Position numbers and translations under genes: made by a program
Part shown: positions 1 to 9,737 of the stretch, in pieces
Layout: every line of letters starts with the position of its first letter
Position numbering within the stretch: the stretch's first letter is position 1
NCBI GenBank assembly: GCA_965226585.1
Contig: OZ245366.1
Location: 480,001 to 544,000, forward strand
DNA: 64,000 nucleotides
Origin: Thermodesulfobacteriota bacterium
Lineage (GTDB): Bacteria; Desulfobacterota_D; UBA1144; Nemesobacterales; Mycalebacteriaceae
Reading direction: 5' to 3'
The notes under the pieces: generated by a model
Databases searched by the model: none
What the model was told of the DNA's origin: nothing
Seen by the model: only the letters and a program-made list of their open reading frames with translations

Positions 1-666
1 CACGGACGCCTCAATCCGTTTCAACGCGCCCGGCTTTGAGGTTTCCACCTCGTCCACCACCACCTCTATGTTGTGCGAGATGTTTCTTTCCAGAACTATT
101 TCCGAGTCAAGGTCTCTTTCCCGCCCGTCTATAAAGGCGCGCACAAAGCCCTCCATTCTCAGTTCGTCAATCTCTTTTCTGTAAATCCCCTTTCTGCCCC
201 TCACGATTGGCGAAAGAATGACCGCCTCGCCGCCCGCCGCCGCAGACATTATCCGCTTTGCCATCTCGCCCGCGGTCTGCGCGCTTATCTTTTCGCCGCA
301 CCGGTGGCAGAACGGCTTTCCCGCCCGCGCGAAAAGCAGACGCATAAAGTCATATATCTCCGTTATCGTTCCGACCGTTGAGCGCGGGTTGCGGTGAAAG
401 GTTTTCTGGTCAAGCGATATGGAAGGCGAAAGCCCGTCCATAAAATCCACGTCCGGTTTTTCCAACTGCTCCACAAACTGCCGCGCGTATGCCGAGAGCG
501 ACTGCATAAACCTGCGCTGTCCTTCGGCAAACAGAGTGTCAAACGCCAGAGACGATTTGCCTGAGCCGCTTACGCCCGTGATGGTAACGAGTTTTCCGCG
601 CGGGATTTTCGCGCTGATATTTTTAAGGTTGTGGCTTCTCGCGCCTTTTATTGTAATGAAACTCAA
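1..666 (-). CDS. uvrA: Excinuclease ABC subunit A, N-terminal part (runs off window start)
   Basis: Manual translation from TTG at 666: [64 protein letters not shown], the UvrA N-terminus with Walker A. Not in the ORF track because it is open at the edge. Confidence 0.95.
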   Translation of the reverse strand, partial: MSFITIKGARSHNLKNISAKIPRGKLVTITGVSGSGKSSLAFDTLFAEGQRRFMQSLSAYARQFVEQLEKPDVDFMDGLSPSISLDQKTFHRNPRSTVGTITEIYDFMRLLFARAGKPFCHRCGEKISAQTAGEMAKRIMSAAAGGEAVILSPIVRGRKGIYRKEIDELRMEGFVRAFIDGRERDLDSEIVLERNISHNIEVVVDEVETSKPGALKRIEASV

Positions 667-688
667 GGCAACTCCGCCGCCCGCCCTT

Positions 689-1540
689 TTATCCGCGAGG
701 CGTCATCGCCTCAAGGCGGGCTATGCGCTCCTCAGTCGGCGGGTGTGTGCTGAACAGTTTGGCAAATCCGCCCCCTATCATGGGGCTGACTATCATCATA
801 TGTGAAGTGCTTTCCGCCGTCTGTTCGCTCACGCTGAACGGTATTTCTTTGGCGAAGTTGTCCATTTTTCTGAGCGCGTCCGCAAGAAATATCGGGTTCG
901 CGCAGATTGCCGCGCCTTCCCTGTCGGCTCCGTACTCTCTTGTGCGAGATATGGCGAGCCGGATAATCGTTGCCGCGAGCGGAGCCACAATCGCCATCGC
1001 GAGAAGAACGAATATGTTGTTTCTTCCCCTGCCGCCGCCTCCGAAAATCGCCGCGAACTGCGCTATCCAAGCTATGTAGCTTATCGCCGCCGCGATGGTT
1101 GCCGCGACCGAGCCTATGAGGATGTCGCGGTTTTTTATATGGGCGAGTTCGTGCGCCAGAACGCCTTTGAGTTCGTATCTGTTAAGGAGTTTCACAATTC
1201 CCTGCGTTACGGCGACCGCCGAGTGTGAGTGGCTTCTTCCGGTGGCAAAAGCGTTGGGTGTTTGTTCGGGAACGATATAGACCTTCGGCATTGGAAGCCC
1301 CGCGCTTTGGGCGAGTTCGCGCACATCCGCGTAAAGTTCCGGGGCGGAGGATTCGTCCACTTCTTGTGCGCGATACATTTTCAGCACGATTTTGTCGCTC
1401 CACCAGAAGCTTGCGAAGTTCATAATCACCGCAAACACAAGGGCGATAACCGCTCCCTGTTGTCCGCCGAAAGTTCCCCCGCACCACACGAGAATGGCGG
1501 ACATGGCGGACAGCAGAACAAGACTTTTCAAAGTGTTCAT
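689..1540 (-). CDS. htpX: Zinc metalloprotease HtpX
   Basis: [13 protein letters not shown] zinc motif, [21 protein letters not shown]. Start moved to ATG 1540 (MNTLKS) behind a GGAGGGG RBS. Confidence 0.93.
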   Translation of the reverse strand: MNTLKSLVLLSAMSAILVWCGGTFGGQQGAVIALVFAVIMNFASFWWSDKIVLKMYRAQEVDESSAPELYADVRELAQSAGLPMPKVYIVPEQTPNAFATGRSHSHSAVAVTQGIVKLLNRYELKGVLAHELAHIKNRDILIGSVAATIAAAISYIAWIAQFAAIFGGGGRGRNNIFVLLAMAIVAPLAATIIRLAISRTREYGADREGAAICANPIFLADALRKMDNFAKEIPFSVSEQTAESTSHMMIVSPMIGGGFAKLFSTHPPTEERIARLEAMTPRG

Positions 1541-1593
1541 TTTTTCGTGTACCCCTCCGGACGCCGCCGCGCGCGCCCGTCTCTGTATTATAA

Positions 1594-1905
1594 TCACACA
1601 GGCTTGCGGTTCAATGTTTGGGAGTCTCTGATATTCCGCCATCCCGGTATGTGCGCGCTCAACATCTGTTTGAACAGTTTTCCGTGATTGGGGATTTTCA
1701 GGTGCAGAAGTTCATGCGCTATGACAAAATGGCGGAATTTTTCCGGCTTGCGGAGCAGTTCAGAGTTGAAACTCACGTGTCCGTTGCTTGAGCATGAGCC
1801 CCACTTCCGCGTCATTTGCCTGACGGTTACGCGCTCCGGAGAAACTTTGATTTTCTTGGCAAACAGCGCGATTTCATTCTTGAACTTCTTTTTTGATACG
1901 CTCAT
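1594..1905 (-). CDS. Short M48/YgjP-like (DUF45) metallopeptidase associated with type I R-M
   Basis: RKWGSCS and VIAHELLHL..PNH motifs; overlaps the hsdR 3' end, the usual position for this family. Confidence 0.85.
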   Translation of the reverse strand: MSVSKKKFKNEIALFAKKIKVSPERVTVRQMTRKWGSCSSNGHVSFNSELLRKPEKFRHFVIAHELLHLKIPNHGKLFKQMLSAHIPGWRNIRDSQTLNRKPV

Positions 1906-4807
1906 CCAGTTTTATCAACTCCTCAATTACGGAGTTTTTCTCCTCTTTTTTCACGGCATTTCCAACTGCCTTGTAGATGTCGACTTTAAGGTCTTTTTTC
2001 TGATAATGGTTTTCAGCATGGTTGGGAAACTTGTCAAACAGTTTATCAATCTCTGCGGCGGTTTCTTCGGCTTCAGAGTCGCCCGCCCGCTCAAGAATGA
2101 ATCCGAGGAAAAACTGGCGCGGTGATTTGCCGCTTTCGCTGAGTTTTTGTTTCACATCCAAGCCCTCTTTTGCGCACTGTTTCAGTTTTTCAACCGCCAT
2201 GCGGGCGGTGATGATATTCTGTTCAAAGTCTTCTTTCACTCTTCGCGCCTTGTCAGCCATTGATGACAAAGCGGCTCCGTATTCCAAATCTTTTATAAGT
2301 TTTGTGATTATGTCTGTCAGGTTATAGACCTTTACCTTGTCGCTACCGCCGCTTTTTGATATTTCCTCAAGAGTTTCACTGTTGACGGCAACCTCAACTC
2401 CTTCCCTTTCTTTTCCGAACGCTTCAACTTTTTCCCTTATAAGCAGTTCGGTTTTTTTCTGAAACTCCCTGTAGCGGACGGGGGTTTCATCCCCTCCAAA
2501 ACGTTTCATAACAATTTTGTACATCGCGCTTAGTGTTTTGTAGTCTTCAAGGCGGTTTCTGAGTTTTTCGTCCGGCGAGAGAATTTCATAGAGGGCTTGA
2601 GTTTCCCTGAAGAAATCAATAAAGGCGTCTCTTTTTTCTTTGTCTGAAAAATACTCAATTATCTTTTCAACCGCTTTGTCGTCTCCGGTTTTGCCGGGTA
2701 TTTGCAGATATTTCTCCGCTGTTTTCATCTGCTTTTCGAAACTGTCAAAAAGAAGTTCAATGTTTTCTATAACCCCTTTCACGTCCTTTGAATCGAACTC
2801 AAGGGCTTTCTCCAGATTTTTCATAATTCCCACAAAGTCCACAATCAAGCCGCATGGTTTGTCCTTTTCTTCAAACGAGTAGGGCCTGTTGACGCGGGAT
2901 ATTGACTGAAGCAAGACATGGTCGCGCATGGGTTTGTCCAGATACATGCAGTAGAGAATGGGGGCGTCAAAGCCGGTCAGAAGTTTGTCTGTTACGATAA
3001 ACAGTTTCGGGTCTCTGCCGGGTTTTTTAAACTCTTTGCGCAGGGTGAATTCCTCATTTCCTGAGAGTTGATGTTTTGCGACAAGCGGGAGTGTTTTGGT
3101 GTCGTGCTGGGCTTTAGAGTAGACCGCTTTTACGGATTCCTGTGGCAGGAGTTTGTCAAACTCTTGTTTGTAGAGAGCGCAGGCTTCGCGGTCAACCGCC
3201 ACAAAAAACGCTTTATATCCGAGGGGCAGAACGTTTTCCTTGAAATGCTCCGCAACATATTCCGCGACAAGCGGTATTCTTGTGTTTGATTTCAGAAAGG
3301 TTTTCAGAGTTGCGGCTTTGTCTAAAACCTTGTTCAGTTGTTCTATGTCGTTGAGTCCTTCGGTTTCAGCCATTGAAAGGAACTCTTTTTCCAGAGTTTC
3401 TTCGGGAACCAGAAAGTCCACGGGGGCGAGTTTGTATTTCAGTTCAACGGTTGTGCCGTCTTGTATGGACTCTTTTATGGAGTATTTGTCCAGATAACTT
3501 TTTTTCCCGTCATCTCTGCCGAAAATTTTGAAGGTTCCCTTTCCGTGAGCGGTTTTGTCTATCGGTGTTCCGGTGAACCCGATAAATGTTGCGTTTGGCA
3601 GTGCTCCGGTGAGGTAGTTTCCCAAATCCCCTTCAATACTGCGGTGGGCTTCGTCAACAAAAACAAATATGTTTTTTCTTTCGCTTATTTTTGCGGGTAT
3701 TGAGTCAAACTTATGGATCATTGAGACAATCAGCCCTCTGAAGTTTGATTTCAGCAGTTCCTGCAAATCCTTTTTAGTATCCGCCTCTTTGGTATTCACC
3801 CCCGTGATTCCGCCTTCCTGCGAGAGGGATTTAATCCAGCCGGAGAGTTGTCCTTCAAGTTCGTTTCTGTCTATCATCAAAATAACGGTTGGGTCTTCGC
3901 CGCCGATTTTTCTCTTAAAGACCATCTCTGCGGCTTTTATCATGGTGAAGGTTTTGCCAGACCCTTGTGTGTGCCATATCAGTCCGCGAGTTTTTTCGTT
4001 ATCGGCGCATCTGTTTTCTATGCGTTCAGCGGCGCGTGTCTGGTGTTGCCGGAGAACGGTTTTTTTGAGTTCGTCATCTTGTTGAAAGAACAGAATCCAT
4101 TGTCCGAGCATTTTCAAAAATCTTTCTCTGTCAAAGAATGCTTTTACTTTTGTTTCAAAGTTTCCTTCCTGTTCGTCTTTCCAGTTGAAGATTGATTTCG
4201 CGCCAGTGTTCCATGTAACGCCGTAGTGAAAGCCCAGCACATCGGTTATATCAAAAACCTGGGGTAGGGCGAGCATGGCGGGGGTATCTCCGTGATACTG
4301 TCTTATCTGTGTCAACCCTTCCCATATTGGATCTTCTTTTACCGCGCTTTTTGTTTCAACGACGGCAACGGGTATGCCGTTAATCAGAAACACCACATCG
4401 GCGCGGCGTGTTTTTTCAATACCTTCAACCGACCATTCGTCTGTTACTTGAAAAACATTGTTTCCGGGGTTGTCGTAGTCAACAACGCAAACATTGAGTT
4501 CACGGTCTTCTTTTTCGCAGTAAGTTGATTCTTCACCGCGAAGCCACGAGAGGGCGTTTTTGTTTCCTTTTATGTCGTAGTGGACGGATTCTATTGCCTG
4601 AATAACCTCACGGGCGTTTTCTTTGTTAATCAGTCCGGCATTGAGGGCGAAGAGTTGTTTTTCCAGAACGGAGGAGAACAGAAGTCCCTCAACCCCGCCG
4701 CGAAGATGTTCGGCTTCATTGCGCGAGATTACTTCCCAGCCGATTTGCGAAGCGTATTTAATCAGCGGGGATTGGACGGAGGATGTTTCTGAGGTTAGTG
4801 AGGGCAT
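1874..4807 (-). CDS. hsdR: Type I restriction enzyme subunit R
   Basis: RADVVFLINGIPVAVVETK nuclease motif, WHTQGSGKT Walker A, DEAH box, FTGTP, LLTGFDAP, QSISRVNR helicase motifs. Confidence 0.96.
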   Translation of the reverse strand: MPSLTSETSSVQSPLIKYASQIGWEVISRNEAEHLRGGVEGLLFSSVLEKQLFALNAGLINKENAREVIQAIESVHYDIKGNKNALSWLRGEESTYCEKEDRELNVCVVDYDNPGNNVFQVTDEWSVEGIEKTRRADVVFLINGIPVAVVETKSAVKEDPIWEGLTQIRQYHGDTPAMLALPQVFDITDVLGFHYGVTWNTGAKSIFNWKDEQEGNFETKVKAFFDRERFLKMLGQWILFFQQDDELKKTVLRQHQTRAAERIENRCADNEKTRGLIWHTQGSGKTFTMIKAAEMVFKRKIGGEDPTVILMIDRNELEGQLSGWIKSLSQEGGITGVNTKEADTKKDLQELLKSNFRGLIVSMIHKFDSIPAKISERKNIFVFVDEAHRSIEGDLGNYLTGALPNATFIGFTGTPIDKTAHGKGTFKIFGRDDGKKSYLDKYSIKESIQDGTTVELKYKLAPVDFLVPEETLEKEFLSMAETEGLNDIEQLNKVLDKAATLKTFLKSNTRIPLVAEYVAEHFKENVLPLGYKAFFVAVDREACALYKQEFDKLLPQESVKAVYSKAQHDTKTLPLVAKHQLSGNEEFTLRKEFKKPGRDPKLFIVTDKLLTGFDAPILYCMYLDKPMRDHVLLQSISRVNRPYSFEEKDKPCGLIVDFVGIMKNLEKALEFDSKDVKGVIENIELLFDSFEKQMKTAEKYLQIPGKTGDDKAVEKIIEYFSDKEKRDAFIDFFRETQALYEILSPDEKLRNRLEDYKTLSAMYKIVMKRFGGDETPVRYREFQKKTELLIREKVEAFGKEREGVEVAVNSETLEEISKSGGSDKVKVYNLTDIITKLIKDLEYGAALSSMADKARRVKEDFEQNIITARMAVEKLKQCAKEGLDVKQKLSESGKSPRQFFLGFILERAGDSEAEETAAEIDKLFDKFPNHAENHYQKKDLKVDIYKAVGNAVKKEEKNSVIEELIKLDERIKKEVQE

Positions 4808-4811
4808 GGGG

Positions 4812-5858
4812 TTATTTCATGTAACTGTAACTAAGGATTTGACTTGCCACCCTGTTAATACTTGCGTTATTTGCTTCGTCAGATATGGGAAAAAGGTCTT
4901 GGTGTTTTTCCCATACCTTTTCTTTTTGTACTTGTATAGATTGAGGGTCTAATATGAAAACATAGTTTTCTTTGGGAAAGTTTTCCGCAATCAGTTTGTT
5001 TATGTATTCATCCCGAAAGGAAAAACCTATTGCCAGTAGCGAATTGCATTCTTTCAGACTACTTGCAAAATAATCGTGAAACTCTTTGAAAGGTGTTCCT
5101 TCCGGTTTATCCTTAAATCCCGGATATAGAATCGGGTTGTTTTCAAGGTATGTTTCACTTGATTCTACAATTTGTTGTCTGTCATAGTATTTCCAGTTGA
5201 TTGATCCGTGCAGTTTTGTCAGCCAGATACTTCTCGTAAATGCTTTGTTGGTATCCCATTCATCTATTTTGAGTCCGTTGCTGAATGCCCCTTCTTGGAA
5301 GGGTTTTTTGTAATCTGCCCCATAGTCTTCGATAGATTTTTCGATGGCACGGTCATAGTTTGTGGTAAATATCTCTATGTTACATCCACCTTGTTTCATG
5401 CGTTCTAAAAAACTATGGTCTAGCCAGTAATTTGTATCCATCATCTTTTTTCTCTGTAACTCTGTTGACGAGTAGGATTCATAGACTTGCTTTTGAATGT
5501 CTGATTCCAAGCTTTGTATCTGCTTCAGAGATTCGGACATTTTCACTTTTGTTGAATGAAAGTATTTCCAGAAGTCGTTGTTATTTTGAGCGAGAATTAA
5601 AGGATGTTTAATTTCTTTGAGTTTCCACAGTATTCTTTCTATATCTATCGGGGGAATACCTACATCTTCAAGAATCTTTTTTCCCTCTGGGTCATTTGCC
5701 GGCAACGTTGTAAATAATGACAGCAAAGATACATATACAGGGTTGTCCTTAATCTTTCTGGGCAATTCTTCGTTGAAACGAACAGTTGTAGGGTAGCCTA
5801 AAGAAACGGATGCTCCCGCTCCGACAAATATGAGTAGATTGTTCTTTCCGTTAGCCAA
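4812..5858 (-). CDS. SIR2-like (SIR2_2-type) domain protein, putative NADase
   Basis: FVGAGAS...PT, FTTNYD, KLHGSINW, IGFSFRDEYIN sirtuin-like motifs; TTG start; AT-rich. Confidence 0.85.
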   Translation of the reverse strand: MANGKNNLLIFVGAGASVSLGYPTTVRFNEELPRKIKDNPVYVSLLSLFTTLPANDPEGKKILEDVGIPPIDIERILWKLKEIKHPLILAQNNNDFWKYFHSTKVKMSESLKQIQSLESDIQKQVYESYSSTELQRKKMMDTNYWLDHSFLERMKQGGCNIEIFTTNYDRAIEKSIEDYGADYKKPFQEGAFSNGLKIDEWDTNKAFTRSIWLTKLHGSINWKYYDRQQIVESSETYLENNPILYPGFKDKPEGTPFKEFHDYFASSLKECNSLLAIGFSFRDEYINKLIAENFPKENYVFILDPQSIQVQKEKVWEKHQDLFPISDEANNASINRVASQILSYSYMK

Positions 5859-5859
5859 G

Positions 5860-7041
5860 TTAGTTTCTTCCTTTCATCAACTTATCTAACACGGACTTAA
5901 AGAAGTCTTGCAAGTTAGATTTCTTTGCTTCGTGGCGTTCAATCTTTCCGTCAATAGACTGAAAGATTTTGGCTACCTTGATTTGTTCGGAAAATGTTGG
6001 GAGAGGGACTTTTAACCTTTGTATTGTTTTTTGACTGATATTTGGTTGAGCTCCGCCATAGCGTTCTCTTAAAATACTATTCCGTGAACGCATTATGTAG
6101 TTCTGCAAGAAAACCTCAACAAAAGAATTCTTGTTTTTTGGCAAGATTGCACAGACTGCTTGATTTGTAGTTGCTTCAATTTTTAGCACACCAGTTCTCC
6201 CGGTCGTAGCTCCGTATAATGCTATGAGTAGCGTCCCCGGTTTAAGTAATTTGGCTGATGATTCTTCAATAGCCTCTTCAGTAATGCTTTCCTCAGTTTC
6301 GTAGATATAGGCGTCATTTAATTCACCCGACTTGACCCATTGAACATTGCCTTTGTAGAACTTTGAATTGTTCCTGCTAGGAGTTCCACCACTTCTTGTA
6401 TGTGCAATTTGTTCTATGGGGACAACCTCCCACCCTTCAGGCATTTCTCCAATCTCTGTTTGCTTTGTCTTGCCGCCGTTTAATCCTTTTGTGAAGAGTC
6501 TCTCCATTGTGGCTTTTTTGAGTTCTTGAACATTGGCAATGATTTTGTCTTGCGTCTCAATCGCCTTTTGTATTGTTGAAAGAGTCTTGGCGATTTTCCT
6601 TTGTTCAGGGAGTGGTGGGAGACAAACCAGTTCTTTTTTCAAGAGATTGTAATGTCTGTTATACCCCCTGTTTGGTATTTCAATATTTTTTAGTGAATAA
6701 TAGAAAAATAGAGAGCAAAACAATTTGTTTGGCTTAATGGCTTTTGTGCCGTCAGCCCCCAAAACAAATGGGAAGTCAACATACTTTAATGTACGGGTAT
6801 GGTCACCAAATATTATTACAGGCAAATCCTCTATCACTAGTTCTTGGTTGTTCGTCCAACCCGATATAAACTGTTGTCCTTGGTCTACTACAGGAAACTT
6901 TCCTTCTGTGGAGTATTTATTTGCAGGTAGTTGTATAGATCTGTTGATGCTAAAGTCATCAATACATTCTGAAAAAGGCAAAATTTTCCACTTCTCTCGC
7001 GTTGCTTTTTCCTCCAACTGTTCTATTTCTTGTATAGTCAT
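5860..7041 (-). CDS. hsdS: Type I restriction enzyme specificity subunit S
   Basis: Two TRDs with conserved LPPLPEQRKI / LPTFSEQIKV repeats, KQTEIGEMPEGW linker, SGGTPSR, GGAQPNIS. Start placed at ATG 7041. Confidence 0.95.
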   Translation of the reverse strand: MTIQEIEQLEEKATREKWKILPFSECIDDFSINRSIQLPANKYSTEGKFPVVDQGQQFISGWTNNQELVIEDLPVIIFGDHTRTLKYVDFPFVLGADGTKAIKPNKLFCSLFFYYSLKNIEIPNRGYNRHYNLLKKELVCLPPLPEQRKIAKTLSTIQKAIETQDKIIANVQELKKATMERLFTKGLNGGKTKQTEIGEMPEGWEVVPIEQIAHTRSGGTPSRNNSKFYKGNVQWVKSGELNDAYIYETEESITEEAIEESSAKLLKPGTLLIALYGATTGRTGVLKIEATTNQAVCAILPKNKNSFVEVFLQNYIMRSRNSILRERYGGAQPNISQKTIQRLKVPLPTFSEQIKVAKIFQSIDGKIERHEAKKSNLQDFFKSVLDKLMKGRN

Positions 7042-7042
7042 C

Positions 7043-7525
7043 CTATATCCCAATTACCATAAAGATTATTCCGATGGTTGATGCTATCACCAATAGAATA
7101 GAGAATCCCATCAACAACTTAGTTGTATTGCTAAAATCCGAGCCTTTAAAAACCATGTTTGCTTCTTCTTTACTTAACTGGAGCGACGACTCTCCTCTCC
7201 CAAGTGCTCCATCTGCTTTTCTGTGGATTGATTTGTAATTATTGCTCATCTTTCCTATTTCTGTGCCCAGCGAAATATTGGCGCACAAGAAAAGAATCAA
7301 TGAAACTAACAATGATATTGCCAGCGATTTTGTAAGCAATGTTGGGTTTGTCGCATCGCTATTCAACAAAATAGTTCCCAGGAAAGTTAATTCTGCCAGA
7401 ATGATTAGAACAATAGAATTTAGAAATGTCAGGCCATGTCGATTCCACCTGTCAAAAATATACTTTAGTGTTTCCCTTGCCCCGTCTCTTACTATTTGAG
7501 TGTCAAACCTATTTGGTGTGCTCAT
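7043..7525 (-). CDS. Hypothetical membrane protein, about 3 TM helices
   Basis: Three long hydrophobic segments; ATGA overlap with the Fic stop; ends 2 nt before hsdS. Confidence 0.7.
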   Translation of the reverse strand: MSTPNRFDTQIVRDGARETLKYIFDRWNRHGLTFLNSIVLIILAELTFLGTILLNSDATNPTLLTKSLAISLLVSLILFLCANISLGTEIGKMSNNYKSIHRKADGALGRGESSLQLSKEEANMVFKGSDFSNTTKLLMGFSILLVIASTIGIIFMVIGI

Positions 7526-8958
7526 GTGTCACCCTTACATTCCTTGAGAATATCAAGAAACAAATGTTTGCCTTCAGCAAACAACTTTTTAACTTCTTCT
7601 TCGGAGTAGGGTTGGCTGTAGTCCTTTTTCAAACCATTCACACTCTTTGCATTCAGTCCCTCTTTTTTAATTCTTAAACCTGTTTTATAACCGAGTTCTT
7701 CCAAAAAAAATGCTAACTTGCAGTTGCAGTCAAAAGATCTATTTGCTTGGCCCATATATCCATAATATTGGTAATCTATTACGAATAAATTTCTTGCATG
7801 CCGTGAGATATACTCAAAATTCATAGTGAAGTTTTCTTTGATAGTATTAATTAGATTGTTTAGATTCTCATCCGTCAATTTAGCACCTTGGGAAATTGTT
7901 TGTAAGCATTTGTTAGAGTTGTTCTCACTATAATTTTCATCCATTCTTGTTATTTCCAATGAAGTTTGCTCAAACAGGTCGCTATACACACTAAATTCTT
8001 TGATGAACATTTTAGAAGTCTCTGCAAAACATTTATCAAATATTTCTGTGCAATTTGTCGGTGTGATTGGCACTTTTAACCCTGTTTCTTTTTGCTGTCG
8101 GATGAATTGCTGAGTTTCTTTATCAATGTCTTCAATCTCGCTTATATCTTCACCTTTTGCCGCCTTAACCCCAATCTCCAGCCAATAAACAAGAATGTTC
8201 CCAAGATATGTTGCAAGAGTATCCATATCTTCGTCATCCGCTTTCTGCAAAGCCGCAAAGTAGTTTCTTTTCTCTTCGCTCTTAATTACCAAAGGCGGGT
8301 AACCCAGTTTCAATAAAACATAGTTCACCCACAGACGCACTACACGGCCGTTGCCGTCATCAAACGGGTGTATAACGATAAAGCGGTGGTGTAGTTCCGC
8401 GATAAAAGAAGCGATTGGCAGAGTCGGTTTTTCAATCTCATTGTTAAACCAATCCATAAGTTCATTCATTTTGGGAGAAACTTCCTGAGGTTCCGCAAAC
8501 TTGAAAATCTCTCCCGTCTCTGTCCTTACGTGATTAGGTTGTGTCTTATACTGTCCGGGGATTATCTCTTTCTGAGTTTTTTGTCCGTCAGTAGTTTCCG
8601 CTTCTTTCCAGAAAGATTCTTTGAGAATAATTTTGTTCAAGCCCCTGATGTCGGCTTCCGTGAGATTTCTCTGTTTGTCTTCTGCAAACTCTCTGACTTT
8701 ATCTATTGCCACATCGTGCGCTTTCATTTCCATATAATCGCGTTCAGGGTGAATTCCTTCCTCTTTTCCCTCAAGTATTAAGGCAACAGTTTCGCCGTAG
8801 GTAAGCGTATTCCCTTCAATGTGATTTGAATTGTAGTTCCACTCCAGACGGACTTTCTTATCAAACCGTTCCTTATCCTCCGGTTTAAGCGGTTGAATCT
8901 CCCGCCATTCCTTAAAAAGCGTTTCTATGCGTTTGTTAGTTTCCTGTAAAGACATCAC
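7522..8958 (-). CDS. Fic family protein with long C-terminal extension
   Basis: Canonical HPFDDGNGRVVR motif and SNHIEGN inhibitory-helix motif. Confidence 0.92.
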   Translation of the reverse strand: MMSLQETNKRIETLFKEWREIQPLKPEDKERFDKKVRLEWNYNSNHIEGNTLTYGETVALILEGKEEGIHPERDYMEMKAHDVAIDKVREFAEDKQRNLTEADIRGLNKIILKESFWKEAETTDGQKTQKEIIPGQYKTQPNHVRTETGEIFKFAEPQEVSPKMNELMDWFNNEIEKPTLPIASFIAELHHRFIVIHPFDDGNGRVVRLWVNYVLLKLGYPPLVIKSEEKRNYFAALQKADDEDMDTLATYLGNILVYWLEIGVKAAKGEDISEIEDIDKETQQFIRQQKETGLKVPITPTNCTEIFDKCFAETSKMFIKEFSVYSDLFEQTSLEITRMDENYSENNSNKCLQTISQGAKLTDENLNNLINTIKENFTMNFEYISRHARNLFVIDYQYYGYMGQANRSFDCNCKLAFFLEELGYKTGLRIKKEGLNAKSVNGLKKDYSQPYSEEEVKKLFAEGKHLFLDILKECKGDT

Positions 8959-9578
8959 TTCACTCCGGCTTTTGGTCTGTAATCCCTTTCGTCAATGCAT
9001 CGGTCATACATATCCCTATCAATCTTAATCCAATCCGTATCGTTTATTCCCCTTTTGTTTCTGCTTGCCGGGCCCACCGGAAACGCGCTTGCGATTTTAA
9101 TCCAACGACTTTCCTTCCGTGCTATGTATCTAACTTCCTCCGCCACTTCGGACAAATCTTGATCTTGACTGAAGATAACTACAACATCACAGAGATTTTC
9201 AATTGCCGCCCTTGTAACATCAAGAGCGATTCTTATGTCAATTCCCTTCTCTCGCCCCACAAGTATTGGTGTGGAGTCATCCCGACTTGCATTTGAGTAC
9301 TGGAGTTTTCTGGAGAAGACTTCTATTTCCGGGACTCTTCCCATAGCCGCCAATTTATTTTTCCAAAAAGCATGCCAATATGGGTCAACTTTTTCATCGG
9401 GAGTGCCGGTACAAAAGGTAATTCCTGTTAGTTGCCATTTCTTGAGTTCACAGACTTTCTCCGAAAGTTTTTTGACTTCGTAGTTCGGGTATTTGTGTCC
9501 GAAAGCTTCCTTTGCTGAATGGAACAGATTTTGACCGTCAATGAAGAAACGGGCTCTTTTGATTTCGGGTTCAATCAT
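8955..9578 (-). CDS. NYN domain (PIN-like, LabA/DUF88-type) ribonuclease
   Basis: FIDGQNLF, EKGIDIRIALD, FSQDQDL acidic PIN-fold motifs. Start at ATG 9578 behind GGAGG. Confidence 0.9.
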   Translation of the reverse strand: MIEPEIKRARFFIDGQNLFHSAKEAFGHKYPNYEVKKLSEKVCELKKWQLTGITFCTGTPDEKVDPYWHAFWKNKLAAMGRVPEIEVFSRKLQYSNASRDDSTPILVGREKGIDIRIALDVTRAAIENLCDVVVIFSQDQDLSEVAEEVRYIARKESRWIKIASAFPVGPASRNKRGINDTDWIKIDRDMYDRCIDERDYRPKAGVK

Positions 9579-9590
9579 TGTTAAACCTCC

Positions 9591-9644
9591 AAAAAGCCAA
9601 AAAATAACCCCACTCAGAGGCCCGAAGGCAGGTCTGAGGGGGGG
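9591..9644 (-). terminator. Terminator/attenuator-like hairpin or small structured RNA upstream of the NYN gene
   Basis: Minus strand CCCCCC-CUCAGA-CCU-GCC-UUCG-GGC-C-UCUGAG-U-GGGG followed by a U-rich tract; C(UUCG)G tetraloop. Confidence 0.7.
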
Positions 9645-9658
9645 CAAATAGTTCAATA

Positions 9659-9687
9659 TAAGTATCACCTGCCCTGAACATTGTCAA
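9659..9687 (-). promoter_or_regulatory. Putative internal sigma70 promoter for hairpin-NYN-Fic-TM-hsdS-SIR2-hsdR
   Basis: Perfect TTGACA at 9687-9682; the -10 is imperfect (GATACT or TACTTA at 15-17 nt spacing). Confidence 0.45.
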
Positions 9688-9737
9688 GAACGATGCCAAA
9701 GTTGACAAATTCCCCGATACAGACATTTCCTTTACAA

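Noticed and set aside
73..805. Plus-strand ORFs of 102 and 128 aa
   Set aside because: Antisense shadows of uvrA and htpX; the same applies to most short ORFs opposite core genes in this window.
4812..5858. Thoeris, DSR or SIR2-HerA assignment
   Set aside because: No TIR, SLOG/Macro, HerA or pAgo partner, and the protein is far shorter than DSR proteins.
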